Positions 1 to 13,733 of a stretch of 64,000 nt of DNA are shown here, piece by piece; positions within the stretch are counted from its first letter, which is position 1, and each line of letters opens with the position of its first letter. Below the pieces are notes generated by a model. It ran no database searches and was not told the origin of the DNA. It was given only the letters and a program-made list of their open reading frames with translations. The position numbers and the translations under genes were made by a program. Source of the stretch: Trichoplax adhaerens (taxonomy: Eukaryota; Animalia; Placozoa); the NCBI RefSeq assembly GCF_000150275.1, contig NW_002060947.1, forward strand, positions 2,920,621 to 2,984,620. The letters run 5' to 3'.

Positions 1-3000
1 GAAAATGAAATTCGGTCATTAAGCGCCTATCAGTTCCAACATCTCTCAAATCTTAAAGTACTGTAAGCATTAGCTGGCTCAAACTTCACCTAGATAATGC
101 TGTGATTTTCAAAGCACAATTTGAGACTGCGAGTTGATTGCCATTAATTTCATAGGTTATGTTAGGGTTACTAATGTAGATTTAAATCTGTATTATGAAG
201 TAATATACGTAAGATAACGATAGCTAAATCTTAATACACATAGTAGTTGTCCTGAGCTGATTTACAATCATTAGTTGTTAAAATGCTAATTTAAAAGCTA
301 TAAATTTAATAGCTTGCGAATATCATTGTCAGTGATTTTATACCGATTGAAAGAATAATACATTTAAAATTTAAAAAGAAGGTTTCTGTTAAAAAATAGT
401 AGGACTGTCTATTATATAGAGTTCAAGCTGCATTTCGTAGGCAGTGCATACAGTGTTTGTTAGTTTTAAGCGAAGAATAATGAGTATAAAATTGTATAAT
501 AATATAACTTAGTCTTGATATTCCTTGATAAGATTAAAATAAGTATAATTGTAATAGAATCAACGTTACAGCTTAGCGTAATTTTTCTTCCAATTATTAT
601 AAAGAATTACAGGATCTGTAGCATGTTAATATAATCAAATACTGGTCTCTAATAGTGTTAAATTCTTTTTGTAGACGCCTACAAACGAATGAAATATTTT
701 CGATTGATGCTAATGCATTTTCTGGTCTAAATAAATTACAATTATTGTAAGTATTGCCTGTGCTTCTTTCACTATGTAACTAGGCTGCATTTAATAGTTC
801 ATCAATTTTAATATTTCTTTAAACTTTTTACTTTCAATGATAGTTTGTGTTAACGAAATTTAAAGCAAACAAACTTACTTTGCGTAATTTTAGGCAGCTT
901 AGCGGTAATCCGATCAGTAATTTTCAGGAATTTAAATTACCTGCTGTACCATCTATGGATTTTTTGTATGCATTAATTTACACTTATAATTTAATCAGAT
1001 GATACAGTGATATACGATGCTGTCGTATTCTATGTCTAATTAAAAGCATACCAACATTTTTACATTATATTTAAAGTTATTTATCGCCACAGTTATCGCT
1101 AATGATTATTTGTATCCGCCAAGAGGGGTATCGAGATCTTATCCGCTGAAGTTAGATGGAAGACATAAATTGATTAACCGAAGAAGGAATACGGTAGTAA
1201 TAAAGAACATGTAAGTCTTAACTAAGTTCCACGGATGATATGGATATCAATATAGCTCGTAAAATATATATATATAGAATAAAAAAATATAGTATTAGTA
1301 ACACAATCATAATTGTAAAGCTTAGCGATCAGTGGTATAAAGTAAAAATTTAAACAATTTTTAATATTATTTAGTGAGTGCGAAATATTTTAAGCTAGTA
1401 CCCTATTTAAAATTTTTTCTACCATGAATTCGCGTCATTGAGCAAATATAAATTATTTAAATCTTTAAGTAATCTTGTCATGAGTATCGAAATTATCTAC
1501 ACAAAGTGATATTATTAGTATATAACAAATTTCAAAAATAGAATGTACTAGTGTTTATTAAGATAAGTAATCTCTATATCTGGATTAGTAAATAACAATT
1601 AAGTATTAATTGAGGCCAACAGTTAATTTTGATTAATCCAAACTATTATAACTATGGCCTAGCCATGGTACAGTGTAATACAGCAAAGACTGTAACTTCA
1701 ATTGTTGTAAACAATATTGATTACATATATTCTTGTACCAAGCACTAATTTAGAAAGGATGAAAAGATTAAGAATCTATTAAATGATCAAATTGACCATT
1801 AATAGAGTTTATAACTGATTTCAATCGTTTACCATATGTTACTATATGCTCATGGAAAAATCTTTTGCTTTTTGGTATTCTAACGTAGAGATTTGGCCAA
1901 TAATTTCCTATCGGAAATAAAACGGTTGGACTTTGGAGACTGCAGGACCCTGTTAGTTATATCTTCATAACTATAGTTGAGAATGACAGTCGTAATCGAT
2001 GTAAAATATCAAATTGCAAAAAGTATAGTAATTTTTGATCAATACTAATATTCTTATGTTAAAATTATATTTATATTGTATAATCTTGCTTGGTATCTCG
2101 CTTGAAATAGCAATTTATCTTATAACAAACTGCATGAATCAACTCTACTCAACTTTTCTACTCTGGATCACTTAGTCCATCTGTAAGCATGATTCTGATG
2201 ATAGCATGAGAAACAAAATAATAGCTACTTATAGTTAAACTTAATTTCAAATAAATTTCTTACTTTTTTTCACTGATTAATATCTATTTATTATGTTAGC
2301 GATTTAACAGGCAATCGTTATAATAGCATTAGAAATATTAAGGATTCATTCTTTATGAATAATTACAATTCTATGCTTTCAATGTAAGTATTTCATCCAT
2401 ATCGCAAAATTATAGCTACGCAATTATTTACTTCCTTACTGACAGATCATTGCTAATATTTGTGTGCATAGTACACGCTGATACATGTTTTCCGAGGTCA
2501 ATTTAGAACTATAATTTGTGCTACTTCGCGATGCAATATGGTTATCATCTAGTGTTGCTTTGAACAGAACACAAGTTATCTTAACGAATTAAATTCACGC
2601 CTTCGATTTAATAATATTTGCATGGCATATGTTATGAGTCTCATAAGGTGCTTATGATTCTAGTCAATCATGAGTATCTATTTAATAATCTTCTAAGTTG
2701 CATAAATCTAGTTTCATAGACATATTCCATACCAGTTTTATGGTAATGTAAGAAAAATTATTCTAATTTAATGCCTGTAATTGAAAGATAAAATAATTAA
2801 ATAAGCATGCTACATTGCATAAATATCTACTACCTGATTAAAGAAATTACTACTAGATAAAATGAATGATTGTGCATTTAGAATAGCTAGTATATATATG
2901 TATTCAACATTGATGCAGTATCTAGTATGAATGGTTATTTGATTTATAATTTCTTGGGTAACTTCTGAGGTAACCGTTTGACTCGACCTAAACTCCTAAA

Positions 3001-6000
3001 ATATAAACATCAGTAAAGAGCTACCTAACAATATACTGTACAGATAAAAGTTAAAATAAATTTGTAGCTTTTTGTAGTCAATTCTGCTAAAGTGATAATG
3101 TTATTGTGTGCAATTACATAGTAACAGAGAAAGCCAATTTCTTCGTCATGCAACAGTAGTTTATATGATGAATCTAGATTAGAAAAGAATTTCCCTATCA
3201 TAATTGATACGATTGGATTGCGATACTCAAAATCAGGCACTAGATCGACTAAATATAAGTTATCACTATAAAATTCGCCAAATTGTTTTACGATACTTTT
3301 AATTTGGCTAAGATTTTGAGTTAAAGGTAGATACAAATCTTACTGGGGGTTTATCATCTATAAAATTAATGTAAGGGCATTTAATAAAATATAATTTTTT
3401 TCTTACAGTGGGTCAAATTCTCCTTTATGTTAAATATCAGATTTCTTGTCCTTACTTAATTGTAATATTGATACGATGCACACATAATTTTAGGTAAATT
3501 GTTTTAACTAGAATCTGTTCAATTTCTACAGGAATATCTCTTCAAATACTCTAAATTACATCCATATTGATGCCCTGAGACCGTTTTCAAAGTTACAGTC
3601 ACTGTAAGTACAAAAAATATTAATCTTCCTAGGAATAATGGAAATACAAATAGCGTACTATGTAGTTTAGATACTCTATAAATATCCTAATCGAGCTAAT
3701 TATTTCTCTGTTTACTATATAATATAAATGCGGTAGCTTTTGTACGCTTACTGCGTTCCAATTATCTATTTTATTGCTCATATTTTGCAGATTCTTGCTA
3801 AAGAACCAGTTACAGAAGCTAGATTTTATAAGACCGCTGTCACAACTTGTTGTTTTGTATGTTTATGAGCTGAAAGCTGTGGTTGTAAACTACACACATA
3901 TGTGTATTCACGTACGGCATGTGTATCCCAATGAATTTAACTCTTTTCTTCATCTTGAATGTATGGCAATAGTGAAGAACTAGAAATTATTACCATATTT
4001 CACAAACTAGCTTCGTGACAGGGATAACGCAAAACAAATCTCTAAATTACTAAAGTCTCCGGGATTCAGTATCCCTTAGCTATTTCTCAAGCACTTACAT
4101 ATCTTTCCTTATAGATTAAACAACTAGAGAATTCCTATTTTATGCAGCTATCTGCCGAGCTTAAATACCCTTCGGCAACAGCTATCATGAATGAGCCATC
4201 ATAAGATTATGAAACTTAGTTTATATTGAATAGTTAAATTAATACCGAGATATTCATAATCATACACATGTACTGAATGACTCTAAATAATTAGACTACC
4301 GTATGTCCTTTCACGGAATTATTTATGGTATCACCTATAAGTGAATATTTTCAGGATATTAATCACATGCGTTATAAGACATAGCACTATAATCAATTCA
4401 CACCAGTTGCTATATAAGAACTCTTACTTCAGTACAGCATAAGTTACTGTAACAAAATAATAACTGCCGTGGTTCTTACTGTAAGCCATTAATAGTTATC
4501 TCCATATATAAATATTAATTCACGAAGTTTAGTCATTTAACTCTTCACGGTAGTTCGTACCGTGACACCATAAGATATTATTTTCTTTATAGGTGCTGAA
4601 TTCTGTTATTCTTACAAACATTACGATCATTATTTAGTAAAGCATGAATTGTCAAATCATAAAATTTAATCTATGCTATATAGACGTTGACTATCATGTT
4701 TCATTGAGCTTTTTGATAGCAACTCTTAAATCTTCTGCATTTAAATATAAGTAGATAGTGCTATTGTTAAGAATAGCAGTACACTAACTGAGTAAGTAAG
4801 ATCTAAACTCGAATTATATCTATCATCTAGATTAAAATCTTTGTATCACGATTATAACTGCTTCGTTAGGTCTTTGCATTAAATCCACTTATCGGGCAGC
4901 TATTACTGCATAGAAACAAGATTAATTTACAAGAAGTATTTTACTAGCCTTTATGCTTCTGAAATGCTAAATTGTGTCTTCTCTAATGTCCAGATCTCTT
5001 ACGTTCAATCTTATCACGACAATAAGCACACAAGATTTTATAAACTTAACACAGCTCAAAGAATTGTAAGTAAATAATTGATAGTGAAAAACACCTGATG
5101 ATTGTAATCATAAATAGTAGTAATTATTAAACGAATCTATGGTTATGAATTACTGTATTTGTTTGTTTTTTGAAGATGTGCAAACTATTTCATTTACTTC
5201 ATTTAACTCCATTTGTATGCACTTTTTAACATTTATTGATCTATTCTTGTTTAGTACATGATATAAAATGAAAGGCATGCATAGAATATTTGCTTATGCG
5301 CTTTCATAATTATTACAATATTTTCCTTAAAAGACACCTGGACTCAAACAGGATTGGAGTTCTTAGTGAAAATTATTTCATGAATACAAAGTTAAATTCT
5401 TTGTAAGACTGATAATCGTAGCAAGTTGTAATATGGTTATTTTACGAAATAGCATTAAGACATGAATTATACTTATTTTAGATACTTGCAAAATAACCAT
5501 ATCTCTAATATTAATTCTATTTTGGAAGGATTACAAGACTTACGGATACTGTAAAACTGTTCTTTCCTTTATTAATAGCCAAGTTGTCATTATTTCTTAC
5601 CCTATAAGAATTTTATATAGGCAACTTCATTATTTTCGAATGTTTGATCTAATAGAAGATTATTTTTTTATATTTATCAACTCTGGTGCATTAACTTGAA
5701 ATACAAGAAACTTGAATTCTAATAATATTAGAAATGTTAGCAAGACTTTTAATGTCAAACTTTCCTATCTCGGCGAATTGTAAGTAATATGAATATACGT
5801 CTTAAACAATTTTAGGCTTTCGGAAATAATACTTGTTCAGTTTTAGTATAAGGTCCTGCAAAACTAAATAGCTTAATTTTAGGTATTTAAGTCATAACGG
5901 AATTGCGCAAGTAGAAAACAAAACCTTTTCTTCATATAAAAACTTAAGAATTCTGTAAGGATGACATATTACATTATTACTTTATATTAATAAAAGTAAT

Positions 6001-9000
6001 TATTGAAAAGATTGTCTTAGCTGAATATACTGAATTTACTTAGCGATTTAAGTGATAACGCTATAACACTATCTGAGCAAGATGATTTGGGGTTAACATT
6101 CCTAGAAAAGCTGTGAGTGAAAGTAGCAAAAATTATGTCCATATTTTTAATTCATTTTAACAATTGTAACCAAACAAAATCTATATATATATATCAAATA
6201 AAATCTTGATATCGTAGATTTTTCAAAAGGCGATAAGTTATGGGTAAAGTATTCGTAGATGCACGTATAATGATATTGATATCTTTGTAATTATCAGAAA
6301 TAAGCGTTACTGCTATAAACAGCAGCTGCAATTCCTTTTCCTGCTAGAGGCATCAATTTCATTAATATACGAACGAAACCTATGAAAGAGTTAATGTATT
6401 ATTAGTGCATTCTCTTGTTGGTTGTAATAGATTTACGTAACCTTTTAAGCAGTGATTTAATGGCTACTCTGTTTGTATTAAACTTACGTTCGTATAATAT
6501 TATAAAACCAAAATCACTTACTTGGATATTTTATAAGATTTTGAGTAAAATTGCCTATATCGTAATGGCAGATTAAATGATGTTAAAATATAATTAATCT
6601 TTATTAGATATAATCTATAAATTTTTCTTAATTGATTCTTACATTCAATGTAATTATAGAAATTTAGCACGAAACGATATAAAATACCTAAATTGCTCGG
6701 GATTACCTCCCGTATTGAGATCTTTGTAAGTGATATCCTCATTTAACTATTCTTATTTATCAATACTAAATACTCTGACGGCTATTTTTAAAATATTTAC
6801 TCTGAATACTGTGTTTGACATTAATAGAATATTACATATTAAAAAAGCCTGTATCATACCTTTTAAGAATTTTAGCAAACAACAATATAAAAAAATTCGA
6901 TCCTAATTGTGACCGTTTATTCTATCAAATGAAGAAAATGTAGGTAGATGCTTGAAGTTTATCGTGAACATAATTTGAAAATGATTTGTTTAACTGAATC
7001 TAGTACTGACATAGCTATTTTTGTATTTGTTAGTGACATGAGTTATACTAATTTGACTGCAAATGGGATAGAAATACAGAAAGGCTTTCTCGATAAATTA
7101 AACTTAGTTAACGACTTGTAAGTATACTGCTTATTTAGGTGACAATTAGATCTTAAAATAAGACTGCTACTTATTTAGAAGAGAGTTATTCAAAAACATT
7201 ATCTTAGCTGTAATAGCTAAACTTATAAAGAATTATCTTATATGTAGTGAACTTGTCGATTGCTTTTAGGAAATTGGCAGGTAATAACTGGGTCGGAATA
7301 ACGAAGGGAATGGCAGCTATAATTAACTTGAAGTTGTACGTATGCCAATAGATCCTCTTTATAAATCTTTTACTGGGAAAACTTTTCATTATGAACTATT
7401 AAATACTTCCCTTACATTATGAATGTCTAAGTTACATCTATGCACTGTGATGAATATGTCAGGTGATAAAACATTAACCCGATAATTCAGTCTAGAATCT
7501 TAAATATTGTTATTTACAGTAGACGAGCTTATAAGTATTATGCATAGAGCTATTAACTTTATAAAATATATTACTTAAGAAGAATTTGAGATCGATTTCG
7601 GAACTTTTTTGAGCAAATAGAGATGTAAGCGATAATCCAATAGTATTGGACACCTTCATCGATGATTTATACGAACGTGTTGGGCCGTTTCTTATCGGAA
7701 TGTAAGTAAGCGAAGTAATAATGAGCTGTCTTGACCGTAGCATGTAAATACGGTGTTTCCTTATGCAATATGCATAATACTGTATTGGATACTGATAACA
7801 GTTGGACAGCGTAAAATTACAGATGCTGATTTTATATTTACTTATTTCACGTAAAAGTATTGAACTAATTTAAGAGAGTTTTAAAGCCAATAAAAGCAAT
7901 TATGACTTTGGTTAACGATCCTCTACTTAGAGTATCTTGTTGAGCTGAGTCGGACGGCAGAGAACGGGTATATTTAAGAGGATCTATAACTGATATTGCC
8001 TATGTTTGTTGCAATATATCTAGTTTACCATCCGTTATATAGTTGACTATAAAATGATATGTAGTATGGTAAATCCATACTGAATTCGTAGTTGACATTA
8101 AATTCTAGACAAATCTTATCACGTAGTGGGATATTCACAATTTAATAATAGAAATAAATTATCGAAAGGTGTAATTTAGGCATTGTATACGCCTAACTAT
8201 ATTTAAATTTTAAGTAATCATAACTTAATCTTGGTAGTTTAAGGACAAGAAAGTGAACAGAAATTCAGCTTTAAGCACAGAGAACTTTCTGGCATAAATT
8301 TTTTAAAGAATCATCGAAATTTAACTAAACTGAATATAATGTCTGATTTGCAAGGTTTATAATCAGCTTTTTTTTCTAAATTAAAAAAATTTTTATAGTA
8401 ATTTAAGTAAATGCAATATATCAACTATTCCTGGAAAGGCCTTTACCGTGTTTTACAAACTTAAAATTTTGTAAGTGTGTTATTTTAATAACTTGATGTT
8501 ACAATAAAATTTACCGTGATCATATCATAGTATAATTTATTTTAGATTAAATTTAATGTAGTGCTCTAAAGATAGAATCGTTGGTGCAAGCAAACTGATA
8601 TATTTTTATAATTACTTAAATTGATGTCTTTTCTAAATAATAGATCATTAAATGATAACAACTTACATGAATTTGATATGGTTGACGTCTCTTTGAAGGA
8701 TTTGAATGAATTAGTAGAATTGTAAGTATTGTGTCGTATCGTCTAACAGCAAAAAGAGACTGTTTATTAGAGAAAACAGATATTGTATTTAATAAAATTT
8801 CGATATTTCTTTTAGAAATATTGCAAAAAATAGCCTAAAAAAGATAAAATCTACACTAACAATTCGATTTAAAAATATGGAAAAACTGTAAGTATGATTT
8901 TCGAAATATTCTGTTATGATCTTTATTCTCATAGAATAATACCGTAATGTATTGGACTTGTTTCTTAACAAGATTATCGCTGCAAAATAGTTTAATGCAA

Positions 9001-11372
9001 ATAAAGTTTATTAATTTAAGCATAATATAATCAATGTACTAATACTTATGTCTAAATGAATCAGTAATATATCGAATAACAAGGTTGAAGGATTATGTAG
9101 GCCAAATTTGGACATAGTTGAACTATTTCCGAACATAAATTTGATGTAAGTCTGAAACTTGAGTATGTTTAGTGTTAACACGTATTTGCAAATTTAGTTC
9201 AGTTGTTGTTAATTAGCTGTTAAGCTTGTTGACTATAACTAATAAAATCGTAATTTATCATAAAGCGATGCAAGCAGAAACAAAATTGAAACGCTGCAGG
9301 AAAGATGCTTTAAAGGTTTATCAAGATTGCAAAAACTGTAAGTGTTAGGAGTTACAAAGGGTGAAAAGTAATGACTCTATTGTTACTAATCTGAATTTTT
9401 AAGATATACGATGTAGTCAGAGAGGAAATACAAATTTGTATACTTCCTGGTAATCATAATTGAATTGACGCATCATTGTTATCGTGTACGTACAGATAAT
9501 TTTAGTTTATGCGACAAGAGATATATCGCAATGCAACATTTTTTTATGTGAAGATTACTTAAATACAGTATGATCACACCTGTTAAACATTCTTCTCTCT
9601 TATAACCTGATTATCTAATATTGCAATATTGATCCGTTCGTTACGCTTAGAAGTTATAAACTTAAAAGCATTCTGTAACTAATCGTATATAAATCGTGAA
9701 TTTTGCTGTAATAAGTAGATTATCAGATAGTCAGATAGTCCTTGGTAGTTAGACGAACCTAACTTCTGTAATAAAGTGAAATTTGCAAGAAACTGTAGTT
9801 CTTGATTTATTGTTTTGAAGATCACTTTATCGCATAGCCAAATACCGTTGTTTATCATTACACATTAAATCTTTCAAATCTTTTCATGTAGGCTACAAAT
9901 ATAGTAATTTACTACAAATCCATTGTTTTTACCAGTTCAATTTATCTACCCGATATTTAAAGCCGTCCTTATTAGATGAATTTTGAGCTATTTCGAAGAC
10001 TATGCTATTGTATTGCTATATTACAAACTTTATGTGTGGTCACTTTACATGAAAGCGAAAATTAAAAATTGCGTATTTCTCCCATCTTTAGCGATTTACG
10101 AGGGAATCTATTAGCCTATGTATCCCGAAAATCCTTTTATGGTCCACCTCAGTTGGTGGAAACGTAAGTCTGAGAGGCCATGTCTTGCAATTTTCCTACT
10201 TTCATATAGTACGTTTACATCAACCATTGAGCTTAAAGTGCGCTATCTTCTTTTCGGCTGTGTAACATGTCAATAGGTTAACGAATCGCCCTTATTTTTG
10301 TTGTATAATACCTGCTAAAATTGTGACCTGTGAACCATCGATGATATCTGATACTTTATCATCATGTCAGCACCTTCTTGCTCATACTTCATTACAGTAC
10401 TTCGTCTGGGTTGTTGGTTGCTTGGCGTTTTTTGGCAATATCATTGTTATTATTCAGAACTGTTATCTCAATAATACTCAAGGGAAAGTTCATATTCTAC
10501 TAATCAATAATCTAGCCATGTCTGATCTTGTTATGTCAATTTACCTATTTATTATAGCATTTGCTAATTCAAATTACAACAATAATCAGTATGGTCAACG
10601 GTCAGAGGAGTGGTTAAGGAATCCTTTATGTGTATTATCTTGCATCCTTGTGACTACATCAAGCTTAGTCTCTGTCTTTTTAATGTTAATAATCAGTGTC
10701 GATAGGTTTATCGTTATAGCTTTGGTGTTTAAGGCAGAAAAGTTGAGCATGCTTGCTACTCGAGTGATTACCGGTATAATATGGCTAGCTTGCTTTACAT
10801 TTGCACTTGTGCCGGCATCATTCAGTATCGATAAACCAGGTCATAATCGATTATATACGTACAACAGCATGTGTATGCCAAGCAATTATGAAAACTATTT
10901 GTACCGCATTTGGATGATTATCTATATATTTCTCACTATTATTGGTTGGATTATCACTTGCACCCTTTACGTTGGGATATTTATTTCTGTGTACAAAACT
11001 AGAAAAGCCGCTGGAAAAATAATTCCCAAGGAAAGTAAAATACTTGCAATGCGTCTATGTGTCATACTGATAACTGACTTGATTAGCTGGGTACCGTATT
11101 ATGCTGTGAATAATTTTGGTTTCATAACCAGTAGAGGTGTTGATGTTATTACATTACAATTTGTTGGTATTTTTGCACTTCCTATTAATTCTGCTGTTAA
11201 TCCATTCTTGTATACCATAACTGGTAGAGCTGTATTTAAAAGATTATTTATTCTTCCAGCGACTTGTTTAACCAAGTTCATTCGCAAACCGAAAAGTCAA
11301 GCTCAGCCTACCCGCTCAAAAGTTCTCATTCTCAGCACAATTTATAACACCCATGAGGACGATTACGAATGA
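1..11372 (+). CDS. Leucine-rich-repeat GPCR (LGR family, RXFP/GRL101-like 7TM), multi-exon; 5' end lies outside the window
   Basis: About 25 exons of ~63-87 nt, each one LRR bounded by phase-2 AG/GT sites, e.g. 1-62 ENEIRSLSAYQFQHLSNLKVL, ~675 RLQTNEIFSIDANAFSGLNKLQLL, ~5883 YLSHNGIAQVENKTFSSYKNLRIL, ~9266 DASRNKIETLQERCFKGLSRLQKL, ~10092 DLRGNLLAYVSRKSFYG. Last exon 10277-11372 has the hinge (YFCC...SSCQHLL) and 7TM motifs GN, NLAMSD, SVDRF, TDLISWVP, LPINSAVNPFLY. Confidence 0.92.
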
Positions 11373-11754
11373 TTAATTCATTCATTCATAAGTACTGAAT
11401 ATAAATGCATTACTTCTGGCATAAATAATGAAAAATAAATAGTCAATAATAAATAAATAAATATTTCACACATCTAGCGCCAGCGTAATGTACGATGTCA
11501 ATTGCAACATGACTCACTTTGATATCATGGAAACAGCTCTATGTAGAAATAATGCCGTACCAAGAGCTGAAAGTAGGATTATGCTCGATATTATAGCGAA
11601 TATCTTTAATAATATTGTTTAGGAATGGCAAATTTTACGAATTAAACTTATATCGCTCAAGTCGCCTGCTTCCACTGCGTGCGGTGATCCATTTGACTTT
11701 GCAAGATTTCAACATTTATTGGAATGGTAAATTGTTCAGATTGGCGGTAACTTT

Positions 11755-12625
11755 ACTACTGTAGTATCTACTGTACAGTGTACAGTGTACAATGCAGTAC
11801 TTAATGTCAGCGTTGAGTCAAATCCAGGATGCCGACTGTATTGCTGGTCATTTCAATAATGCCATAAGTCTGCAAGCGTACACTATCCACTTTGTGATCC
11901 AGATTCGCTACCCAAATTGTTTAACCTTGACATACTGTACAGTACAGTACAGTACAGTACAGTACAGTACAGTACAGTACAGTACAACTACTGTACGCTG
12001 TACTGTACAGTGTACAGTATAACGTACTGTAGGTCCATCTTTGAATTCTATTCTGCAGACGGTCCAGACCGGACCAGACCATGAACACTGTACTGTACAG
12101 TACAGTATGTTGCGATCAGTACTATCAGTACTAAGATGGTACAGTACTGTACACTGTACAGTGTACAGTATAATATTGTAATTAATATTACCTTAATATT
12201 ATTACTATCCCATACTACGCATAGTACTGTACAGTATAACGCGCTTGCTGTAGTGTACAGTATAAAGTACTGTAGATCCATCTTTGAATTCTACTGTACA
12301 GTACAGTACAGTATTCTGTAGACGGTCCGGACCGGACCAGACTATGTACAGTACTGTACACTGTAGCGTACTGTACACTGTACTGTACAGTATAGTACAG
12401 TACAGTACAGTATATGGGCTTTTACAATACTGTACTGTACACTGTAGTACATAGTACTGTACTTTACTGTTGCGACATTGTGAAACTGTACAATACAGTA
12501 GATAGCAATTTACTGTTACGTGTACAGTAGTGACTGTCAGCAAAAGTAGTGAACCGAAGCGAAATTTCTCTGGTTTACGCAGTACAGTCATGGTACTGTA
12601 CACTGTGCACTGTAGAGTACAGTAC
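11755..12625. repeat. Mixed-orientation TACAG/TACTG and TACAGTG/TACACTG low-complexity array
   Basis: Runs such as (CAGTA)n at 11939-11985 and tactgtacactgtacagtgtacagta; source of the spurious 'STVQY/CTVLY' ORFs. Confidence 0.9.
12009..12346 (+). repeat. Local direct duplication of ~75 bp (copies ~12009-12083 and ~12252-12346)
   Basis: Shared gtgtacagtataa.gtactgtag.tccatctttgaattcta...ttctg.agacggtcc.gaccggaccagac; copy 2 has a 20-nt insertion at 12294-12313. Confidence 0.85.
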
Positions 12626-12994
12626 TCAAAGTCAAGGGCTCAAGGCTCTCTGAATATTCTTGATTCACTATCGAGTCAAGAAATGCTATCAGGAACATGT
12701 AAAGAAAAAGAAAGAGTAATGACCAGCTCTGTGTTGAACTCATTATTTTAAACCATAGAAGAAACTCATTGAGAGACATAAAAAAGATCTTTATAATAAA
12801 ATACTAAGATTCTATCTTTAAGAAATCCTGCTGTACAGCATTGTACAGTTCCTACGAATACAGTGCCGTAGTAGAGCAATCACAAGAACTCTGAAATAAA
12901 GTAGATTTTCTTATGCTTTCAAAATCATGGACTGAAAAAGGACTGACACTGCCGCATTGTTATGAACTTATGATCATTGATCATAAACACTATA

Positions 12995-13277
12995 GTAGAT
13001 ACAGTACGTACAGTGTACACTGTACAGTACTGTATTGTACTGTACTGTACTGTACTGTACTGTCCAGTACAGTACAGTGCATAGTGCACGGTCACAGTAC
13101 TGTACTGTACAGTACAGTATACTGTAGGACAGGATCTCAGTACTGTACTGTACTGTACTGTACTGTACTGTACTGTACACTGTGTCTGGTACCGCACTGT
13201 ACTGTACTGTACTGTACACAGTGTACAGTACGTACACTCGTACAGTACAGTATTGCGTACTGTAGCGTACAGTACGC
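12995..13277. repeat. TACTG/TACAG array just upstream of ARID1
   Basis: (TACTG)n runs at ~13029-13062 and ~13140-13177 interleaved with TACAG, TACAGTG and TACACTG units. Confidence 0.9.
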
Positions 13278-13733
13278 AATTTTCAGCGCCGTTCACGATT
13301 GAACACAATCCACAAAGCTTTATACACTAGTGCATAGCGGTAAACGTCAGATTTCGATACAAAAGAAAAGGACTCAAGGTAAGGAAAGGGAACAAAAGAC
13401 AGTATATTAAGAAAGAGTGATATAACGTAAAGAATTATTGAGTTGTGTAAAACGATCTTTATAACGTAGTGTGTTTACTATATCCTATTGGATTGACTTG
13501 TGAGTCGTATCCTTCTTTTCCTTACTTTATCAAGTATCAAATTGTGCTTTAGACTGCGTTAGAAATATCGTAGTGTTGCTGCATTGAATGTTACAACAAC
13601 TTCAATGTCCCAAGAATCATTGCAGTAGATCGACTTATTCCATGTTCTCTACAGCAGTATTCCTTGAGTTGTTATTTCACTTTTACGATTAACAAATCCA
13701 ATATCATATTTGATAGATTGGATTAAAAGTAGT

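Noticed and set aside
1889-1965. Possible U12-type or odd donor after an LRR exon
   Set aside because: An in-phase canonical GTTAGT donor gives a 63-nt exon, and ATATCTTC does not match the U12 consensus.
3025-8971. Short minus-strand ORFs within the LRR-GPCR span
   Set aside because: AT-rich intronic or antisense frames with no recognisable motifs.
12528-12682. Small hairpins that might be a structured RNA
   Set aside because: No tRNA, snoRNA or SECIS hallmarks; the pairing is partly due to the self-complementary repeat units.
11755-13277. CRISPR-like or telomeric array
   Set aside because: No constant repeat with unique equal-length spacers, no cas genes, eukaryotic context, and unit orientation is mixed.
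11792-13308. Many overlapping ORFs rich in STVQY/CTVLY
   Set aside because: They are translations of the stop-free TACAG/TACTG arrays on both strands, with no protein-family features. The same applies to 23450-23718, 51935-52135 and 57292-58097.
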